Shown in pieces: positions 57,610 to 64,000 of a stretch of 64,000 nt of DNA; the first letter of the stretch is position 1, and each line of letters begins with the position of its first letter. The position numbers and the translations under genes were made by a program. The stretch is from Octopus sinensis (Eukaryota): NCBI RefSeq assembly GCF_006345805.1, contig NC_043021.1, positions 23,250,001-23,314,000 of the forward strand. The letters are read 5' to 3'. The notes below the pieces were generated by a model that saw nothing but the letters and a program-made list of their open reading frames with translations, searched no databases and was not told the DNA's origin.

Positions 57610-57692
57610 GCTGGACCAAATCCTTCGCATTTCGTTTGATTTTAAAATCTTTCAACGAATATAAAAAACCTGCTGAGAACATATCAAGAGCC
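57610..57692 (+). CDS. Duplicate of exon 43537-43619, GWTKSFAFRLILKSFNEYKKPAENISRA
   Basis: Same length, frame and splice sites. Confidence 0.7.
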
Positions 57693-58031
57693 GTGAGTAG
57701 ATATCTGCCCTCTCTTTCTCCGAACACACACACACACACGCGCTGAACACGCGCACACATGCATACATTCACACACACACACACACACACACATGCATAT
57801 TTTATACAAGAAATGCAAAACGTCAATTTAAATAGTGAGTGAGCTCAATACGTTTCGTAGATAGTGATATCGATTTTGTTAGCCTGATCAGCTTAAACAC
57901 AAATACATACATATGTAAAATTATTTCCTTATCTGTATCTTTTTATACTTCTCAACGCTTTTAAATCAAACTTTGTTTCTTGAATTTAATGTATGCATAT
58001 ATATATATATATACACATCTGGCTTTTGCAG

Positions 58032-58084
58032 ATGGAGCATGAGGTTTTAACCGTGACTGGAAAATTCCGAGTTGAATATCCTGG
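58032..58084 (+). CDS. Duplicate of exon 44603-44655, MEHEVLTVTGKFRVEYP
   Basis: Same length, frame and splice sites. Confidence 0.7.
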
Positions 58085-58296
58085 GTAAGCAAAAGCTTCT
58101 AACACATTTATTCAAATTTATTTTGTTTTGTTCCAAACATTCGATTTTATCGCACGTATTATACGTCACCATGATCAACAGTGTTTTACTTGTGACCCAC
58201 AATATACTAATTCGTACCTTCGACGAAATTCTTAAGTGTTTATCAATGTTTTATTATACAAAGGACAAACAAACCCATATAAAGATAAAGAGAGAA

Positions 58297-58330
<34 letters not shown>

Positions 58331-58429
58331 CATATATACATACACATACATACCCATATATATATATAATCTAACAATAATTTAACATTACTTGAAAAGG
58401 TAGTGGGTAGCGAACTTCTTCACTACTTC

Positions 58430-61400
58430 AGGGAGTGACGACCCTGCCTGACACGAGTTCCGGGCTCAGCTGGCTCCGGCTGACAGTACCCGGTATGGGC
58501 CCCTATCAAGGGTTACGGAACGGAAACAACCTTCAAAGAAATCCGGAGTGGAGCCCCGAAGGCGGTCTAGTGTTCGACTCGACACTCTTCCGGCAGCTCC
58601 TGCAACCAAGCTGGTGCCAAACGTAATGCACTGCACTCCTTTGGACTACATCAGCAAGGTCGAGAGAGGAAACCTGACGATTGGGTTACTCAGGACTTTC
58701 TTATCTATAGCCCAGACCTGCGCAAACCTGGAGAGGACACTTCAGTGCTGCTGTAAAAAGCTGCAGAAACAACACAGGAGGTAACGGTCACGAGTGATAA
58801 ATCTATTCAGACTGGCGTAAAATATGGGCGCTACGGGTTACCTCTGACGGTGGGAGGGACCTTCGTGTCCTATTGGTTAGCTACTGCCCACCTCAAGCTG
58901 GGCAGCCCCCAGTCAATAAGGTGCTGACTCGCCACAGGTCGCCTGCTTCATTGGGTGCTTGAAGCTAAGAGTATGACTTGAAAAGCGGCCTGCAACCTCT
59001 GCACCAGGCAAACAACTAAAAGTCAAGAAAACACCAGTTGTGCGGTTGGCAAGCTGGAATGTGAGGACCATGTGCCCTGGAATATCTGATGATCTACTCA
59101 GGGTTGAAGACACAAGGAAAACGGCCATCATTGACCGTGAACTAAAGAGGATCAACATAGATATTGCTGGCTGCAGGAGACAAGTCTCCCCTCAAACGGC
59201 AAACTCAAAGAGCAGGATTTCACCTCCTTTTGGCAGGAAGCGATCCAGAAGAACCTCGTCAGCATGGCGTTAGCTTTGCAGTGAGAAACTCATTACTCTC
59301 CTCAATAGAACCACCATCAGGAGGCACTGAGCGTATCCCCTCACTGCGCCTCTCGACTTCTTCTGGCTCAGTACATCTACTCAGCATCTCTGCTCCCACT
59401 TTCTACAGCTCAGAGGAGACCAAGTACCAGTTCTACAAAGATCCCAACTGTGTCATAGAAAATATACCAACGACTGAAAATATCTACCTTCTGGGGGATT
59501 TTAACGCTCGCGTGGGATCTGACCATGATTCGTGGCCCATTTGTGTTGGACACTTTGGTATTGGCAACATGAATGACAATGGTCAGAGACTACTCGTATT
59601 CTGTACATACCACACCTGTGCATCACAAACACATTCTTTACCAACAAGCCTTCCCACAAGGCATCTTGGAGACATCCAAGATCTCACCACTGGCATCAGC
59701 TGGATCTCATCATTACACGGAGATCCTTTCTGAATTCTACTCTATTGACCCGCAGTTACCACAGCGCGGATTGTGACACAGACCACTCACTAATTAGAAG
59801 TAGGGTGAGGATTCTGCCTAAAAAAGTCCATCGCTTCAAGGAAGTGGGCCGACCACGCATTAACACTGCCAGAACCTCGGAACCTACACTGCGAAAATGT
59901 TTTGCTGCTTCTATCAAAGTTGCCCTCAGTAGCTGCCCAACCTCCTCTGCTGAAAGTAGGTGGAACTATATCAGGGAAGCTTTGTATACGACATCAATAG
60001 ATACTTTCGGCATGAGAGAAAGGCAAAACCCAGATTGGTTCAATGCTGGGCTCTCAGAGCTGGAACCAGTTATCAAAGCAAAGCGTGCAGCTCTGATGCA
60101 ATACAAGAGTGATTCTTCTACAAAGTCCCTCGAAGAACTCAGAAAGACACGAAATAAAACCCAACTGACAGCCAGACGTATTGGCAGGAAATCTGTCAGA
60201 GTATCCAGTCAGCTGCTGACAGTGGCGACACCTGTGGGATGTATACCGGTTTGAAGAAGGCCCTCGGTCCATCCGCAACCAAGTCAGCCCCTCTGGAGAT
60301 CTCATCAGGGATCAAGGCAAGCAAATGGATAGATGGGTGGAGCACTACCAGGATCTCTACTCACGGGAGACTACAGTGGCTGAGGCTGCAGTCGAGAGTC
60401 TCAAGATCTTGCCAGTCATGTGCGAACTTGACAGTCCGCCATCTATAGCAGAGCTCACCAAGGCTGTTAACTCCCTAGCAAGAACTAAGTCTCCGGGAAA
60501 AGACGGCACCCCCTCAGATATCATCAAAGCCGGTAAAAACCCCATCCTGCTTCGGCATCTTCATGAGCTTCTGTGTCAGTGCTGGGAAAGGGGTACAGTC
60601 CCTCAGGATATGCGGGATGCTAACACCATTACGCTTTACAAAAACAAAGGTGACCGTGGTGATTGTAACAATTACCGTGGTATATCTCTTCTAAGCACTG
60701 TTAGAAAGACCTTTGCCCGCGTTATCCTGGCAAGGCTACAACTACTTGCTTCTCGATCTATCCGGAATCGCAGTGTGGCTTTAGAAGAAGCAGATCAACT
60801 ATCAATATGATATTCTCCGTACGCCAACTTCAGGAGAAGTCCAGAGAGCAGAAAATGCCATTATATATGGCCTTCATTGATCTAACAAAGGCTTTTGACT
60901 CGGTAAGCAGAACAGGCCTCTTAATCCTGCTCCAAAAAATCGGATGTCCACCAAAGCTGCTGAGGATCATCAAGTCTTTCCATGATGACATGCAAGGCAC
61001 CATACAGCACAACGGTTCAACATCAGCCGCCTTCCAAAAAAAACGGGGTAAAGCAAGGTTGTGTCCTCGCTCCTACATTTTTGGGCATCTTCTTCTCGCT
61101 CTTACTCTCACAAGCCTTTCAGACATCAGATGATGGAGTGTTTCTGCACAGTAGAAGTGACAGGAAACTGTTCAATCTCTCGCGCCTGTGTGCCAAGACC
61201 AAAATCAGAAACGTCCTGATCAAGGAGATGCTATTTGCTGATGATGCCGCTCTGGTATCACACACAGAAGAAGCCCCCAAAGGTTCATTGACTGTTTTGA
61301 GCAAGCATGTAACGACTTTGGCTTAGCTATCAGCCTTAAGAAGACCAACATCATGGGTCAGGCTACATCGGACATCCCAAACATACCTATTGGAGACCAC

Positions 61401-62255
61401 AGATTACAAGAGGTGGAGAAGTTTACCTATCTGGGCTCTACCGTCACCTACAACCTATCCCTTGACGCTGAGCTCAATATACGCATTGGAAAGGCAGCTG
61501 CTGCGATGGCCCAACTCTCCAAACGGGCTTGGGACAACAATAAGCTGATCAAGACCACGAAAATGAAGATCTACCAGGCATGTGTACTCAGCACTCTACT
61601 GTATGGAAGTGAGGTATGGAAGTGAGACTTGGACGCTATACACACGCCAAGAGCCTCACCTAAACATCTTTCACCTGCGCTGCCTCCGAAAAATCCTCCG
61701 CATCAAATGGCAGAATCATATCCCCAACAAAGATGTCCTCAGGCAAGCAGGAATACCAAGCATGTTTGCACTCCTCACACAAAGACGTATGAGATGGCTT
61801 GGGCATGTTAGCCGTATGAAAGATGGCAGAATCCCCAAGGACATACTCTACGGAGAGCTTGCTAGCGGTACCAGGTCTGTGGGTAGACCGATCTTACGTT
61901 ACAAGGATGTTTGCAAAAGGGACATGAAGGCCTGCAACATCAATATTAGCGGTTGGGAGGCAGTTGCCGGCAACCGTGGAGGATGGCGACGTACCGTAAA
62001 AGAGGGAATACAAAGGAGTGACAGGAGAGAGAGGAGAAATGGAAAGAAAAGAAGAGACGTCAACAAGAAACTATGACATTACAACCAGCCAGGAACAGTC
62101 TTCGCTATATTTGCGGTACCTGCCAGAGGGAGTGTTTGTCCAGGAAAGGACTACACAGCCACAGCAGGAAATGTATCAGGATATGAAATATAAAAGCCGG
62201 ACTGGACTATTTTATGCGCAACTCCATTGTCTCCCGAGACAAAAAGGATGCCAAC

Positions 62256-62260
<5 letters not shown>
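58430..62260 (+). mobile_element. Near full-length RTE-clade LINE (APE plus RT; disrupted ORF about 59040-62190)
   Basis: RLASWNVRTM, LLGDFNARVG, DCDTDHSLI, NYRGISLLS, FIDLTKAFDSV, GVKQGCVLAP, LFADDAAL. Several frameshifts, including a 13-bp duplication gtatggaagtgag at about 61601-61626. Confidence 0.95.
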
Positions 62261-62291
<31 letters not shown>

Positions 62292-62604
62292 CAAATTAAG
62301 GAACGTCCATAATAGGCCGTTCAACCCACTAGAAATAACAGCCAAGGCTTCAACCGCAAAATAGTAGTAATTCCGTAAACCAGGAGAACATTAAAAAAAA
62401 ACATTTACCCTGTTACACTTTATACAATGCATTGTTTCATCGTTTTTTAATGGTAAATCAGCCTGATTAAATTAAATCAAGCTAATCTTCCATACGCCAA
62501 CAGATTCATCAGTAAAGTAAGCCAGGAGGGAGAGATATTTACACGAGGCAGCACCACTACCGCTTCGGCAATATCTAACCTAAAATTTTTTGCTACCCTA
62601 TATG

Positions 62605-62647
<43 letters not shown>

Positions 62648-62655
<8 letters not shown>

Positions 62656-64000
62656 AAAGGGCTTAGTATAAATAAATTACTTTGCCGCATACTGAACTCG
62701 TTAGAAATAGCAGCTAAAAAAACTATTTCTAACACTTAAAGAAAACTCTCTCATATAGTGTTTGCTCAATTCAACTCAAGAAAGTATGAGGGTAGAGACA
62801 TTAAAAAATCAAATGCAAAGGTTATTTGAGTACGTACGTTTCAAGATTAGCCAAAATCGACCCTCTCTCATCAGCTCAGAATGCCCTTGTTTGAGTTTGA
62901 AAACACTGAAAATGGGAGCATACCTTTCGGCTTGTTATCGCTTCTGAAGATCTGCTCCAAACTAACAGTGCTAACTAACTCAAATATGCAAGAGAAAAAT
63001 TTCTGTTCTCCCCTTTCCACCAGCGTGGTTAAAATCAGCAAACACTATGCTTTTTTCGGTAAAATCCGAGACAATTAAGTAGAGAGAGATGAATTATAAT
63101 TTCAACAATTGAGGTAAAATTAATTAATTAATTAATCAATTCACCAAGTATTCAGTATGCAAAGGGACCATTTAAGGCAAATTCAAATTATTACATTATA
63201 TAAAAGGGCTTAGTAAAATAAATTACTTTGCCGCATACTGAACTCGTTAGAAATAGCAGCTAAAAAAACTATTTCTAACACTTAAAGAAAACCTCTCTCA
63301 TATAGTGTTTGCTCAATTCAACTCAAGAAAGTATGAGGGTAGAGACATTAAAAAATCAAATGCAAAGGTTATTTGAGTACGTACGTTTCAAGATTAGCCA
63401 AAATCGACCCTTCTCTCATCAGCTCAGAATGCCCTTGTTTGAGTTTGAAAACACTGAAAATGGGAGCATACCCTTTCGGCTTGTTATCGCTTCTGAAGAT
63501 CTGCTCCAAACTAACAGTGCTAACTAACTCAAATATGCAAGAGAAAAATTTCTGTTCTCCCCTTTCCACCAGCGTGGGTTAAAATCAGCAAACACTATGC
63601 TTTTTTCGGTAAAATCCGAGACAATTAAGTAGAGAGAGATGAATTATAATTTCAACAATTGAGGGTAAAATTAATTAATTAATTAATCAATTTCACCAAG
63701 TATTCAGTATGCAAAGGGACCATTTAAGGCAAATTCAAATTATTACATTATATAAAAGGGCTTAGTAAAATAAATTACTTTGCCGCATACTGAACTCGTT
63801 AGAAATAGCAGCTAAAAAAACTATTTCTAACACTTAAAGAAAACCTCTCTCATATAGTGTTTGCTCAATTCAACTCAAGAAAGTATGAGGGTAGAGACAT
63901 TAAAAAATCAAATGCAAAGGTTATTTGAGTACGTACGTTTCAAGATTAGCCAAAATCGACCTTCTCTCATCAGCTCAGAATGCCCTTGTTTGAGTTTGAA
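62648..64000 (-). repeat. Tandem array, ~547-552-bp unit, at least 2.5 near-identical copies (runs off the window)
   Basis: taaaagggcttagt at 62654, 63201 and 63753. Differences are mostly single-base indels. Confidence 0.95.
62827..62878 (-). ncRNA. Type I hammerhead ribozyme motif, unit 1 (repeats at 63374-63426 and 63926-63977)
   Basis: Minus strand tgag-ctgatga-gaga...tctt-gaaa-c gtac gta-ctca. Canonical CUGAUGA/GAAA/GUA; palindromic stem III ACGUACGU. Confidence 0.8.

Noticed and set aside
62762-63582. 60-72 aa ORFs in the tandem units
   Set aside because: Short, broken differently by indels in each unit, no recognisable domain.

Overview
AT-rich, repeat-saturated animal genomic DNA. 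The tRNA-derived SINE families and the heavy microsatellite load point to an octopus/cephalopod genome (inference). One host gene can be reconstructed by hand on the + strand (32254-58084). It has phase-compatible GT-AG exons encoding LRR, LRRCT, Ly6/uPAR-like (LU), SEA-like and hormone-receptor (HRM) domains, i.e. the ectodomain of an adhesion-GPCR-like receptor. The last HRM exon is frameshifted as assembled, and two SEA-like exons are duplicated downstream of it. The rest of the window is transposons: a Tc1 with nested SINEs and a Helitron, Tx1/L1 copies inserted in (TATC)n, R4/Dong-like, CR1, RTE and Penelope-like fragments, plus microsatellites. The most striking unannotated signal is a set of type I hammerhead-ribozyme motifs from several unrelated repeat families. 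These include a tandem ~550-bp array with one canonical hammerhead per unit (retrozyme-like), a decayed 318-bp tandem pair, and a U3-A8 compensatory core variant inside a palindromic element. All alignments, folds and translations were done by eye; no searches were run.
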